A stretch of 61,931 nucleotides of DNA, counting the filler, from Hausera hauseri (Eukaryota): NCBI GenBank assembly GCA_046269625.1. It is 10 parts of 10 records of this genome, joined end to end, with 100 filler letters (N's around TTAATTAATTAA, not from the genome) between each part and the next. Parts side by side here need not be neighbours in the genome. Positions count along the whole stretch, not along the records: positions 34,697 to 39,777 come from JBJURY010341823.1; positions 39,878 to 45,433 come from JBJURY010231295.1; positions 45,534 to 50,987 come from JBJURY010251403.1; 7 more parts are not named here. One strand, written 5' to 3'. Each line of letters starts with the position of its first letter. Position 1 is the stretch's first letter. Under the pieces are notes generated by a model, which ran no database searches, was not told the DNA's origin, and worked only from the letters and a program-made list of their open reading frames with translations. Position numbers and translations under genes: made by a program. Of the stretch, positions 37,901-51,087 are shown one piece after another.

Positions 37901-39100
37901 GACCACTGGCAGTAAAAAGCGGTGGACAGGAAATCATAGTCGACGTAGGAACGAAGGACAAGAGAAGAAGCGAAAAGGCAGCTCCTGAGTCTATAAGAAA
38001 GTCGATATGTGAAGTATCTCTGCATAACAGTACAGCTTTCAACAGAAAGACTGCAGAGGCGGTGTTGAAATGGCCAGAAGATTCAGCGACACTGCCTGCA
38101 TTAGAATGTGCCGTAAAATCTGGCGGCACTATTAGTTTTTTGAAGTTTTTGGAGAAAAGGAAGAAGAGGAAGAAAAGCGAGGAAATTTATCGTTGTAATG
38201 TTTACAACCAGGCACGCATGATCTAGCCTTTGACTGGAACTTATTGTGGTAGACACAAATAGGGTTGTCCACAGCGTACCTTTTGCTGTAGAACTGACAA
38301 CCCAAAAAGTATTTCCTAGCATCCCTTCGAAATCGCGTGTGATAGAAGCAAGTCATGCGTCCGCCAGGTGAAATGGATCGAGCACTGTGTCTGGAAATGC
38401 TTATCTCCCTTGAAGGTCTGGTTTCGCTTCATCGAGGCCCATTAAGATTATTTAGTTGGGTAGTAATGGCCGAAATCGACTGCTGTAATTTGTCAAACTG
38501 TTGCTGCATCATTTGCAATTGTTGAGTAAAAATGTTGTGCCCGTAGTTGGAGCACACGTGGTTGCAGCCGCAATAGGGAGAGAACTATTGGTATAAAGAA
38601 TCTCAAGGGATTTTTCAGACATTATTGCCAGTTTTTCGATAGCAGTGGACTCGTGGACAACGGTGAGTAAGGCTCTGATTGAGGTGGGCAAAGACGATAA
38701 AAAATAACGGCGAATCAAATCCGCATTATTTGTAGGTGTCACTCCTAGCGCGCTGAGCTGCAGAATGACCGTTTGGAGAAAGTCGGATGGCTTTTGGCTT
38801 CCTATCGCGTGGTCATTAAAGTACTTTTGTATTATATTGTCAATCAAAGGATCCGTGATATGCAGTACAGTTTCACAGAGTGTCTCTTAAGGTGTCGAGG
38901 ATTGTAGCTGTTCGGAGATATTATTAATCTGCTGTTTGACATTGGCAGGCAGAAGAATTAAGTGGCTATTGGCTCGCACAAAAGAATCAATGATGTTGTT
39001 CGATTTTAGCCATTGTTTGTGGAATTGGAGCCATGGTTTGCTGGAGTTGTTTCTGTCGAGGAAAAATTCCCCACAAGGTAATTTTAATAACCCTCATGAT
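34950..39100 (-). mobile_element. Ty3/Gypsy element, CsRn1-like, decayed (gag-PR-RT-RH-IN)
   Basis: Gag QKPSDFL and double CxxH..C..C; PR FLIDSGA; RT SPWASPLHVV, CGDYRQLN, MPFGL, YIDD; RH TDAS..YSTFDRELLA; IN DQGPQF..TTPYHPQ..ERFHR. Confidence 0.93.
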
Positions 39101-40299
39101 TATTTGGAATATGGCAAACGATAGACGTTGCCTGTATTTGTGAATTTGTCATCTGAGAAAGATGGATTTGAGTCCGATCCATCCCGAAGGCGAAAATCAA
39201 GCATGAGATAGATGACTGGACGTTCATGACAGAAGAAAGACCGGAATGCGTCGATAGGATGTGTAGTGATGCCTCGGTGTGTGAAACAGAAGTTGGAAGT
39301 GTTGAGTGAAGTGGATAAAGAAGTGTATAGGAGCTGCGCCGTGGCGTAGAGTGTAGCTCTAATGGTTCTAATGTGTTGATTATTGCTGAAGACTAGGAAG
39401 GAGAGTTGCAGCGAAATGATCCCAAGGGAATGGTAAAATGCATGGGAAACTTTGTGGGTTTCCTTCTTTGTTAACAAGGGGTACGGGCGTGCAGCTGCGG
39501 TAGCAGTGGCTAATGATGATTGGGATAAAGGGGTATCCAAAGACATTAAGCTTAAAAAACTTTTAAAATGAAAAATTGTGTTAGCGCAAAAAGTGGTAGC
39601 ACTGGTGGGTGTAAACCGGCAATAAGAGTCTCACCCACCTGTGTTTTAATGTCCGAATACTGATTGTAGCAAATTGCCACATCTGAAGTGTTTTTCCCAC
39701 TGGAAGGTCCTTGTTGATGAAATTGACGCCCGTCTCGTCCACACATCTCGAATGTTTGTTCTTTCTATTGTCGAATANNNNNNNNNNNNNNNNNNNNNNN
39801 NNNNNNNNNNNNNNNNNNNNNTTAATTAATTAANNNNNNNNNNNNNNNNNNNNNNNNNNNNNNNNNNNNNNNNNNNNTAAAGAATAAAGTGGAACAATGG
39901 TTGAATAGAATAGACGAAATTTATTATCTGAGGATTAAAGAAAAGAAGTGTTTTGTTAAAATGGCCTAGAATCGCAACGAAGGTAAAAGTCATGTCGGAA
40001 TAATTGCAAAATGTATTAGCAACGAACGACTTTGTTGGATATTGATTGTATTTTAAAAGTCTCAGGCAAAAGAAAGCGTACGGAATCATAAAAGGCAAAG
40101 AGAGAGGGTTATACTGACAAGAGGGACCAGTAACAAATGCAACCAAATTGAAACAGCAAATAGAAACTGCAATAACCGGATTTTGGTCAACCTCTATTCC
40201 ATTAATCCCTGTGTAAATATTAATGGTATTTTTACAGAAAACGGCCAGTGTAATTGAACTATTATTCGAAATTGGCATAAATAAGAATATTATGAAATA

Positions 40300-43200
40300 A
40301 ATAACACCACGCCGTGAACATAGTGTTTCAGGTCGATCGTCTACGTTTACAAAACAACTGGTAATAAAATCGTAAGCCTATTTGGACATCCTGTCACTAA
40401 CTTGGGGTATGTTTGGTTTTTTCTTCAATTCTAAGTTATAATAAAAAGTATATTGCTGTGTATCTAACCAGGGGCTGCGTCAAGTTACCATGTAAAGTGC
40501 AACGCATTCCAATGACCAAATGTCAACTTTATGATTATATACTGTTTTCGATACATTTTTGGCACTGTCGACGATTATAACTTCATGAGCTATGTACCTT
40601 ACAGTACCAGTAATTTCCTTAAGACCATCTACATGATTTTTCAAGCATTTTGCAACTCCAAAGTCACTAAGTTTTGCACGGCACATATTGGTATCCTCGA
40701 CCTTTACAAAAATATATTATCGGGTTTGATATCACGATGAACAATTTGATGGTCATGCAAATATACAACAGCCTCTAAAATCTGTTTTGTCCATTGTCTA
40801 ATGATAAAATCAGGGATATCACGTATCGTTATTTCGGATAGCGAACCACTATCGCAGTATTCGGTAAATATTCTAACGTAGCTGAGACTCATACCAACAC
40901 CGTAATATTCGATGAGTGACGGATGATTTAATTTACAGAGAATGTCGTATTCGAATGGGTTAAGAGTATAAGGTTCATTGCTAACAACTTTTTTCATGGC
41001 CATTATTTTCATCGCATCCAAGTATCATACTTTAAAAACCTTTCGGATCGACCTTGTCCAATAAAGCTTTTCTTAATCCATTGAAACGATGCTCGTTTAA
41101 TGTAATGTAATTTATTAGTTTCGCTACTAGAATTTCGAACAGTACCCATCAGTTTATTATCGAGTCTCTTTTTCTCATTGTTTTTCTAATAACTCTATTT
41201 TATGATTTAAATTCTTTTGTTTGCGACACAGTTTCCTCAGTGCTACTGCCATCAGTTGATTTGTTGCTGTGATTGTTGCTGCCAATATACTGTATCGAAC
41301 CATCAATTGATATCGTCGTAGCGTTCGGTGAAGATATTTCAAAGGAGATTTCATTATACGATTCCATTGGTTCTTTATTAACAAAGAAGTTCTTCATTTT
41401 TGAAGAGAAATCTTTATCAGTCTGAATTATGTCAGAAGGTTCACTAAAAACCATTCGCAATGTTCCACCATCCCATACAGTTTTCCAATTCTCAATTTTA
41501 TTGCAATTGGAAAATTCATCAGAATTTTCATTGCCTCTAAAACTGGTGGCTTCGTCTGAGAAAGCCACGATCTGCTCGAGACAATTCGACTACTTGTCGT
41601 AGAACGAGCAGCACTGCTGAAACTGTTTTGTCGGCTATTTCTGCCAACGCTAAACTCAACGAAATTGTCAATGCTCCTTTTAAAATCAATCCATTCATTT
41701 GATGTCATATTCAATACTACTCGGCTTTGGCAAACTTGGAGAAGGAAACTCAAACCGTCGTTGGCCCATCTCGGAACAGTTCCTTGTTCACTTGGTTCGA
41801 ATCGTTTCGAAAATTTAAACCTTTTATCCATTAAACCGATAATTGTATTCTTTAGAATGTTTTTAAATGCATCACCTGTACAAATCCGTATTAGATCGCG
41901 ATAAAATTCAAATGTAATAGTATAGGAATTTTTCAATGAACTTCTAATAGTTTCTTCGATTAGATTACTGCCACTTTCACTGGTGTTAAATATATCTTTG
42001 TCATCATTGACAAAATGATTCTGTAAAGTGTATGCCACTTCAATTACTTTGCTTTTCAAAGAATTTAAGTTGAGCTTCGAATTAAAGTGAAAAGCTTCGA
42101 TTTGATAGTCAACAGTATTCTGAACGATATCACGAAATGTATCGTTAGTTTTCGTTGTATGATGATGCAGAATTTTGTAATCTAGAAGCTGATTAAATTG
42201 TTCAACCAATTCATCTGGTCTTCGAGCAATGAAAACAATATTCGATCTTTCTATTCGTTGTTTTAAGTTACCAATATCCAGAGGATAATTGCAAAATACT
42301 CTTTCACCTGTCCAGTTTATCTTAGACTTTTTATTTATTATCAAAAGATATTCTCTTGAGATCTGATGCTTCGATGACTGAGAAGATGAGGATGTTTGAA
42401 CTAAACACTCATCCATTTGCTGTAAGGAAAATCCGGTAACCAGAGGATGAAGCAATTCTTTTAGGTAAGGACTGCTTTCTTCCGGAACAATAAGTGTGAG
42501 ACCGGATTGAGTATCACACAAACATAAATCCACCAATTTATGTCGTGTTCTGCTCAGATACAACAAGAGATCATTAATGGAAAAATTGCTATTAAGTTCA
42601 ACTTGAATGCATATTTCCAAGTCAGATCGGAGCATTTTAGCAAATTCTGTAGCTTGTTTCAATCTACACTGTAATGCTTTACATTCATTTTTATATGATT
42701 GACAAGATTTAGATAATTTTCTATTTTTCGAACTGATTATAGAAAACGAATCGTCCTCTACATTCGATGTGGGACTATCGTCTGGACTCAGGCTCGCGTC
42801 AAGATTTAATTTTGGACTTGAGATAATGGTTGAATTAAGAAGATCGAATAAGTATTCGGTTAGTTTACAAAAAGAGCTGGCAACAATTTCCTCTTCTTGT
42901 TTTATACTATGACAGTAACTTTTCACAAAATTCCATTCTTCGGCCAACAATTGACGTGGTTTATGTTGAAGCTTGCAGGATAAAGGTTCTTTACTCCATT
43001 TCTTTAACAGTTCTTTTAAACATTCCATATAGTGGCATAACAAAATGGATAAGTCTGCATCAACTTCTTTCATACTTGATCTCATAAATTCTGAATGATC
43101 AATATCTTGTTTCGGTGCAAAATTCTGACACCAATTTGTGGGTTGGAACAAATCTACTGTGTTGTAATTCATTAAATTCCAAGTCTTTAGCGAACGAAAT

Positions 43201-43780
43201 AAATTTACCAAAAACAAAACAATTGTCACTCTAAGGCAAAGTTTATTCAAACGTTTTGATCAATTCAATAATAAATCTATTATATTTACAACTATTTACA
43301 TTTACTGAATAGATCATAAAACTTTATTTGAGACTATTTTAGAACTGTCCAAAATTTCTTTACGGAAACTGATGGCCTTGTCTTTTGCACCAGGCAAATG
43401 TTGAACCTTTCAGTTTAATAATTTTTGTTAAAAACTGACAAATGCCGCTGATTCTCGGAAGGAGACATTTTTGAATAGATTCAAGAATAAATTCGGATAA
43501 ACACAAAACAGATCCACATAGAGTATTCAAGCGCATTGTGATCATTTGTAAAACTTGTTATTTCTTGTCTTGTAATCATCATCATTTACAAATGTTTTCA
43601 CAATTTCAAAATTTCCATGAATTGTTAAATTACAATCATCAGTACATCTGGAAGTACATTGTCTATTATGAAATAATCGATGGTGTATACTGTCGTCTGT
43701 ATGCAGCTGCCTGTAGATCCTGGACATATAAATTCGTTAAAGGTATTTAGCACTGATTCAATGCACATTACTGAACGATT
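40300..43780 (-). pseudogene. MAP3K4: MAP3K4/MEKK4-like kinase, intronless, diverged and frameshifted
   Basis: N-terminal GTVPRWANDGLSFL (MEKK4 GxxPRWAxxGxxFL); kinase FQWIKKSFIGQGR, MAMK, HPSLIEYYGV, IVHRDIKPDNIFL, KLSDFG, GT..Y.A.EV, DIWSL. Several frameshifts. Confidence 0.8.
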
Positions 43781-43807
43781 TCATTGAACACGCCCACGAC
43801 CGCGGCA

Positions 43808-45433
43808 CCACAGAACTGTTTGAGAAAATTACTAAAATATTTGAGATTGAGCGGTTAACTTCCACCGCATACTATCCTCAATGTAATGGAATGGTTGAGC
43901 GAATGAATGAAACTGTTATACGTATATTATTGATAGTAGTAGCTAAGAACCAAAAAGATTTGGACGAATTTTTAAAAGGAACTCAATTTGCCATTAATAC
44001 TACATCTCATCCAACGACAGGATTTACACCATTCTTTGTGATGTATAAACGTGAAGCAGTGTTACCCACAGATTTAGGGATGACGCCATATACCCACAAA
44101 ATTTTTCAGAAGTGCTACAGACAAGACTACACAAATGTTGGGAAATTGCCAAAGAATTATCGCAAGAATATCAAGAACAGTTTAAAAAGCAATATTATAG
44201 AAAACAAAACCACACAATTTAGAAGAAGGAAATTGGATTTATGTACATTACCCGGTAGCTAAGAAAGGAACGTCGTTAAAAATGACCCGTACAGGCACAG
44301 GACCGTATTAAGTTACTAAAGTTATGCCAACTATGGCATACATCAACAAGAATGTAAAGGAAGAGGTCATTTCAGTACAGAGAGTCGTTAAGGCAGATAT
44401 ACGAGTCAATAAACGTTACAATTTACGACAACGCGATATAAAAACTTCTTCAATAATTGTCAGACCGATCTCATTCCTTCAGATAGACTTAGCACTCTCG
44501 TTAATTGGTTTTTATATCCCAAAAACCAAATTCAATGGTGGGAAGATAAAACTACGCTAGGAGACGTATATGGAATTCGAAAAAGCGGATTAAAGCCGAA
44601 AAACATTATAACGGAAAATAAACCAACGGCCGAAGAAATCCAAAAACGAGAAAACACTATCTTGTTACAATCAATGAAGGCTCATTACTTTTCAACAGAC
44701 TCCTTATGTGTTTTATTTAAAACTTGGCGACCGCATCATGATTTCGGAAAATTTCAAGTTGTACTATATAATGTAACAACAAAAGAAGTGAAAACTGTAA
44801 TTTTGAACCAGGAGATTATACACAGTGCTGCGACATACATTATAGACACATCTACATCCTTACTTATCGACTGTACTTACCAGACTCATCGGAAGTCTAT
44901 ATTGAAGTAAATCCACAACTTCAGTTAGTCATCCCTGCTTGAACCAGACGATTTGAAGTGAAGTTCGACGAAATTCTGCAATCCACCGACCCAAACATAA
45001 GGCTATTAAATGAAAATATCAGAGGGATCTCAATAAATAAGGAAAAACAATGCATCCAAGTAGATGTCCGAATAGGATTAACTTTTAGTCAAAAAATTGG
45101 TATCGTTTTTGAACCAGTAAACGGGAAACCCCCGCAAATAGAATACTGTTCTCTTTATGCCGGTGTGCAACACCCGTGTTGTAAGCTGGCAGTAAACCAA
45201 GAATTGAAAATAAAATTTGATTTATATGAAGTACGACCGAATAAACCGAGCAAGCACTTGCAAATTTATTACTCAGAGAATAGAATATAGAGAATTTCAG
45301 TAGAAAGGACTACCAAAAGGTCGACCACTCAAGTTAGTGCCATTACGGAAACCATATATTCGGCATATCGATTTAAAATTGTTTTCTTTGCAGAAGGAAA
45401 ACTAAATTACGGTATACACATAAGCTGCCGAAC
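43808..45433 (+). mobile_element. Gypsy fragment: integrase C-half plus post-integrase Cys-rich ORF, related to the contig-3 element
   Basis: ELFEKITKIFEIERLTSTAYYPQCNGMVERMN..TGFTPF is closely similar to 13411-14139. 3' ORF QWWED..DVYGIRKSG..QCIQ..EYC..PCC is homologous to 12446-13440. Confidence 0.9.
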
Positions 45434-45533
45434 NNNNNNNNNNNNNNNNNNNNNNNNNNNNNNNNNNNNNNNNNNNNTTAATTAATTAANNNNNNNNNNN
45501 NNNNNNNNNNNNNNNNNNNNNNNNNNNNNNNNN

Positions 45534-46141
45534 GGCTAATGTAGCCATTTTATTGACGTATTCACACAATTCCAGTTCCATTTCCATTAGTAAATCGTGT
45601 GGTATACTAAATGAGCGGAAGACCGATTCTGACTTAGTCCACTATACTATAATATCAGATTCCGCATTGGATGAAAGATCCCATTTTCACCAATTATAAC
45701 ATTTCCACATAGCCGTAGACGTTTTAAGTGTACATTGACTGATTGAAAACCCCATGCCTGATCATCAGCTATAGAATTAAACTGCATTTCAATGGGATTT
45801 CGATGCACTAGTTTCATACGGTAGTTTGAAAAATAAGCATAAACCTTGAAATGTTGTCGCGAATAATTGCGAAAAATATATCGGTTATTGTATCGGATTG
45901 TCCGCAAATGACTTAAAATAAGTTTCGTTTCTTGTCGAGTAAAGTAAATACCACTGTTCTGACGTATTGTCATTGGTGGAAATGTAAATCTGAATTCCGT
46001 CAAAGCCACGTCCCTGGCTCCGTGGCGTAAATCGACCGGTTGGTCCAAGTGTATGGTAAACTGTTTAGGGGTATTGTAGTCATTGTTGTCATGTTGTGAT
46101 AATGATCTGTTACTATCAAGTACAAAGCAAATGCTGCTCAT
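45534..46141 (-). pseudogene. Minor capsid copy A ortholog (partial)
   Basis: MSSICFVLDSNRSLSQHD..KQFTIHLDQPVDLRHGARDVALTEF, homologous to 10085-10828. Confidence 0.8.
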
Positions 46142-47200
46142 TGAATCTGTGATGCAAAAATCCAACTCGGCGTAGTGTATCCATGCCACTTGACGAAATA
46201 TTGCTTATTTGAACCTTTGCCGCGTGAACGTAGAATTTCCTGAATACGATATACATCGGGTTTCTCGGGCAGTACCTGCAGTACCTGTTCGTAGAATTTA
46301 CCGCGTATTTCCTCACCTTTTTCATTCTCTAAAAGGTACATGACAGATGTTTGTTTTGTGTTGATTGTCGAAATGCGGAAAACTTCGTCGTTCCAGTTCT
46401 GATTGAAATTCTTAATGAATGGCATCGTACCCGGCTTTGAAATAGGTACATAATCACCGATTTTATATTTTGGGCGTTTAATTGCCTGTCATTGTGTTCG
46501 GTTTTGATAAAGCCACATGTCCAAGTCATCGATTAAGTCAAACGGCCGTAATCCATTGATGCCACGATGTGTCGAATGATTATGTGCATGAATAATATCC
46601 GGCAGTACATCTACTCAACGTTTGTTGCCTTGCTTCGTAAAGAATTTGTTTAGGCGACCGCGCTATGTTTGACTAAATCGTTCAATGAGTGCAGCATTGT
46701 ACTGGGAAAACACCGAGTAGTGGTTTACGCCGAACTGTTTCAAGACCGCTGCAACGTGGGCATTGTAGAATTCCTTACCCAAATCCGTTTGTAAACGCTT
46801 CGACTGTTGTTGTTGCACCAATGTCTGGACAGCGTCGGCAAATTCTTAGCCGGATTTATATTTCACGGCAATTGAACGTGCAAAACGACTAAACACCTCA
46901 ACGCATGTCAGCACTTAACGACACCCATCGTTGATGCTGGCGTACGGAATTATTTCCATCATATCCATTTGACATACATTACTTTCACCGGCAACACGGT
47001 ATGCACGAGTTAGCAACCGCCTTCTTATCGGTTTGTTTAGGCTGTATGCTAACGGTTTTCCAAGCCACCATTGGGTCTGTTGCCGAATCTGTTTGACAGT
47101 CTTTGCCAGTTTGTTGACGCCAGTATATCCGACGGGATGACGCGGGTCTAACCACACGTCGCCCATCGTTGTTGTCGACGGCGTCAGTTTTGCTTGCATT
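46138..47200 (-). pseudogene. Polinton rve integrase with chromodomain
   Basis: DPRHPVGYTG, QMDMME, QTDLGKEFYN, ERF, NWNDEVF, YFVKWHGYTTPSW. Confidence 0.93.
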
Positions 47201-47310
47201 ACAACAATTAGAACGAAACGTAAATGAAAAATTCGGTAAACTGGGACAAAAAGATGAAAACCATGCACTCATATCGCCGAATTAACATATACTTGCCTTC
47301 ATTGTTTATA

Positions 47311-47862
47311 CTATGATGCTGCTGTAGAACCAATGAGTCTACCCAGTAATGACGTAACAATCGGTAGAATTGCACCAAGGAAACCACCTACTTGCTGGTA
47401 CATGATCTTCCGTTTCAGTTGTTTACTACGGGTGTTGGCAAGGCCAGCGAGTCGTCTTCGATATTTAGTAAATTCGGCTTTTAACTACTAATGTCAACGT
47501 GACTAACAACGATATTGTATAAAATTTCCATCAAGTCGTCTATTACAAACTGTGGGAATGATTGCAGCATGTTTCGCTTGTCTCGTAGGTGCCTTGAGCA
47601 AAGCAATACAGTACGGCTGTCTACATTTGAATTGCCTGTTTTTTTTTTCGTGGACGTATTGATGCTGATGAGACGTAGTTTTTCATAGCCGTTGCCACTG
47701 TGACGGTAATTTGCGTTTAGCTGCTGCTTTTGTTGTTCGACGAAACACAGAATTGATTAATCGCTTGAGTGTAGTGGTGCTTCGTTTTGATACACGTTTC
47801 TTGCTGCCGGACACCCGCTTGGTAGGTTTACGTTTAACAATTGTTTTTCGGAAATACTTCAT
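47311..47862 (-). pseudogene. Lys/Arg-rich core protein plus QxGGFL core protein
   Basis: MKYFRKTIVKRKPTKRVSGSKKRVSKRS..; EILYNIV..QQVGGFLGAILPIVTSLLG. Confidence 0.65.
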
Positions 47863-47869
47863 TTTATCA

Positions 47870-48420
47870 CAATAATGTCGTCGATTTTCGAATTTGTTTA
47901 TAAAAACATACACCACTTTTTGATTGAAAATGTCTGTTCGTACACGCATGTCATCGGGACACTGTTGTGTAAAGTCGATGAACAAGTATCAGTGTGGCTC
48001 GGTTGTAGCATCATGATATGCATCTACTAAGTAGGCTTGATTGTGAGGAAATGCTTATGTTGCAACATAATCAATAATAGTCTGATCACGGGGATTTTCG
48101 AACGACACCAAATAGTGTACATTTAGATTTCTTGTTCGATACTGTCCGCCCTGATGGAACATGTTTTGCGTAATGAAAATGACCGTTACGTCACGGTGTC
48201 GTGCAATCTTCGTAAACAGGTTGTTGAAGTCAGATTGTTTCGTTGTCTCTTGAAATAAATCGTCGATGACAATAACGTCACTGCTGCCTAGTCGATCTGA
48301 CTAGTTCTCATCAAACTCATCAATTACCGTTATCGATTTCAATTTACAAAATTCCCGATGTGTCAAACCGGACTCACCATAATCACAAACACCGTGATGC
48401 CAGTATATTTGATTGTATCG
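47870..48420 (-). pseudogene. A32/FtsK-like genome-packaging ATPase (Walker A region deleted)
   Basis: Manual translation VIVIDDLFQE..LFTKIARHRDVTVIFITQNMF..YRT..LNVHYLV.F.NPRD..YLFIDF..RVRTDIF. Confidence 0.9.
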
Positions 48421-48449
48421 CAGTGACTGAGCTGCTTTTTGTCGTGTTT

Positions 48450-50240
48450 GCTGCTGCTGCTGCTGGCAAACTGTCTATCATTGTATCCAGTTCTTGTTTG
48501 TCCCTTGTCCATTCAAATGAACCGTACGGCAAGGGTTGCGAAAGCGCCCAGGCGTACAGGTTATTAATATCGATGTAGAACATTGACGTTGTATTACAGT
48601 CATCACTGGTTACGTGATGCTTGTTGACAAATGTCTTGCCACCACGAATACTAACATCAAAATTCGATATATTTCCGGATCTTGCAGTGGCTCGATATCC
48701 CGATCTAGTGACATCAGAGCTAATGCCCAACTCATTCCGGGTATTGAGTAAAAGTTGACTGGCTCCAGCCTACCTTCTGCTAACGCTTTAGCTCGAAATG
48801 TTTGAAACACATCGGCTAACAGGTACACGTTCAATTTCAGATACTGAAGCATGTAGTCCAACAGGTTTCTGCAGCCAGGCTCTGCCCAAAACGACTGTGC
48901 TTTGTGATATTCTTCTTCGTCTCTAATACCGGGCCTTTGCGGTGGTAATTCGTCTCTCGTCTGGAGCCGCTTGTACCATATCTCAAAGTCTTATAGGAAT
49001 ATGCTTTTGGTGCGTGCAATATGCGCGGTTAACTGTGTCAGTGTTAGCGCCATATCCAGCAAGGTATTTACCAGCTTTGCTAAAAACTCATTGAGGAACT
49101 GTAATGAGTCAAGGAATCTCACCTGGAACCGGTTTATGCGTGCTAACAGAGACAGGTATTTCTCCATCGTTGTTGGGATTATGGACAGTTCCAAGTGTGG
49201 AAATCCAATAATGGCCAATTTCAGAATATGGTGACAGTCAATACCCCTGAAGTTATGAAATATCACCGGCAGGAATGGCCGCACCCGTCTTGCCAAATTG
49301 CATGAATTGCATGCTGCTCCCAAGTATCGACCAGTGAAATGATCGTGATCCGGTACGAGCCGTTTCTGTGCATCGAACGGCAATATTTTGTGGCACAGGT
49401 AACATTCGTGAGTGGCAGCGAAAAGCAGCGGTTCATATTCGTCTGTCTAGACCAAGGGTTTAGTGCTATTATTCCGATACCACGGCGCCATTTCCGTTTC
49501 CATTATAGTCTCCAATTGATGTAGGAAATCACGCACACAATTCCAACCGTGGAAAATGTAGTATTGTGGTTGTCCGTCGGCTTTAATAAGCACAACCAGC
49601 ATGCCGACGGCGATTGGAACATGCTTCTTGTCATACACGTTGTGCTGTGGTAAAATTGCTTCGATATCGGCATATACGACATATGCCGGACTGTCAGTTT
49701 TTGATCAGTCTTAAAGCTTTTTTGATGGGCACGACGTACATTGTTGTTCCTAAGCAATATTGTCTACGCAAAGTCACATGCTTTTTCCATGTAGTTTCTG
49801 ATCTGAATCCGTGTAAACATACAGGACACCATTTACATTGTGTTCAATTTTTGATGAACTGCTCATGTGCCATGTTCAAGCAACCTGTCTAGATTTGTCA
49901 CTGCAGCGTAATGGAACTTTTCTTTTTGCTCAAACAACAACAAATATATTGGCTGTACATTCAACTTTCGACTGCGGTAGATCATATCCACATGTGGATT
50001 TTTGTATATTTCTTCATCTGCCGATATTTCAATTATTGTGTTGCACCGGAACACGTTGATTGCCAGCATCGAATTACGCCATTTAAATGTTTCAATTGTT
50101 TTTAGTTTTATCGGCATCCAGCTTTCATCGAAATCCAGTTCCGAAAAAGACTGCCGATACTGACTTGGACAATTTGCTTGTTGCCTGGAAATTTTTATAT
50201 TTTAATATTGCTAGAATACTGTACAGAAAATATTCGAGGT
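48450..50240 (-). pseudogene. Polinton pPolB, fragmented and 3'-truncated
   Basis: AINVF, HYAAVTNLDRLL, DHDHFTGRYLGAACNSCNL, FHNFRGxDCH, FLDSLQFL, LLADVFQTFR, IRGG, YIDINNLYAWA. Confidence 0.92.
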
Positions 50241-51087
50241 TGAATATATTGAATTACTGAAATCAGGACATTGTGTGGTTTGTTCTCAAACCAAAGGTAG
50301 ATCGTATGTTATTAACGTATATACGGTTAAACTTTCCGCAGAAACAAATTTTTGAATTAGATGACCAAAAAAGTAATCCGAAATTTCCATAATTGTGCAA
50401 ATCTGCCCACAACAAATCGGTGCAACGCGTGAAATCTAGTCGATAGATAAAATATGAACGCATAAAAAACTTTTAAATTCAATCATATGTACAATTTGAT
50501 GTTAAAACCGCAAATTCAAATCAAAACACAAATTCTTAAAATAAAATGGCTAAAAGTTTTGAATTGGAACTGTAAAAACATTGTATTTAAACAAAATTTT
50601 TTACATTTTACAAGGTTACACGAATTAATATATACAGGGTCGGCAAATCCGGTACATCGTAAAATGAATTGTAAATGAATCACATGATCAATTGGTGTAC
50701 AAAATTGCATGATGATATAAGATTTCGTTAGCAGACTTCTGTCGGTCGGTGATTTACGACTGATAATTGACAATCGAAAACCGTTGATGATTTTTGTCAT
50801 TGCGGAAAGGTAGTTTTTTATTTTTGTAAATTGTAGTTGTTCGATTCGGTGAGATTTATTGATTTTGAAAATTTCGTTTACTTATAACTGTTTCAATCGA
50901 TTTAAAACGTGCTTTTCGAAATTATCCAAAATGATTTGTAAACTTTCTTCGGTATATTACACATTTTCGTGGAAATATGTCAAATTCNNNNNNNNNNNNN
51001 NNNNNNNNNNNNNNNNNNNNNNNNNNNNNNNTTAATTAATTAANNNNNNNNNNNNNNNNNNNNNNNNNNNNNNNNNNNNNNNNNNNN

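Larger units (their letters stand above)
45534..50240 (-). mobile_element. Second copy of the contig-2 Polinton family (pPolB-ATPase-core proteins-integrase-penton), decayed
   Basis: 45534-47580 is colinear and highly similar to ~10225-12310. Confidence 0.95.
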
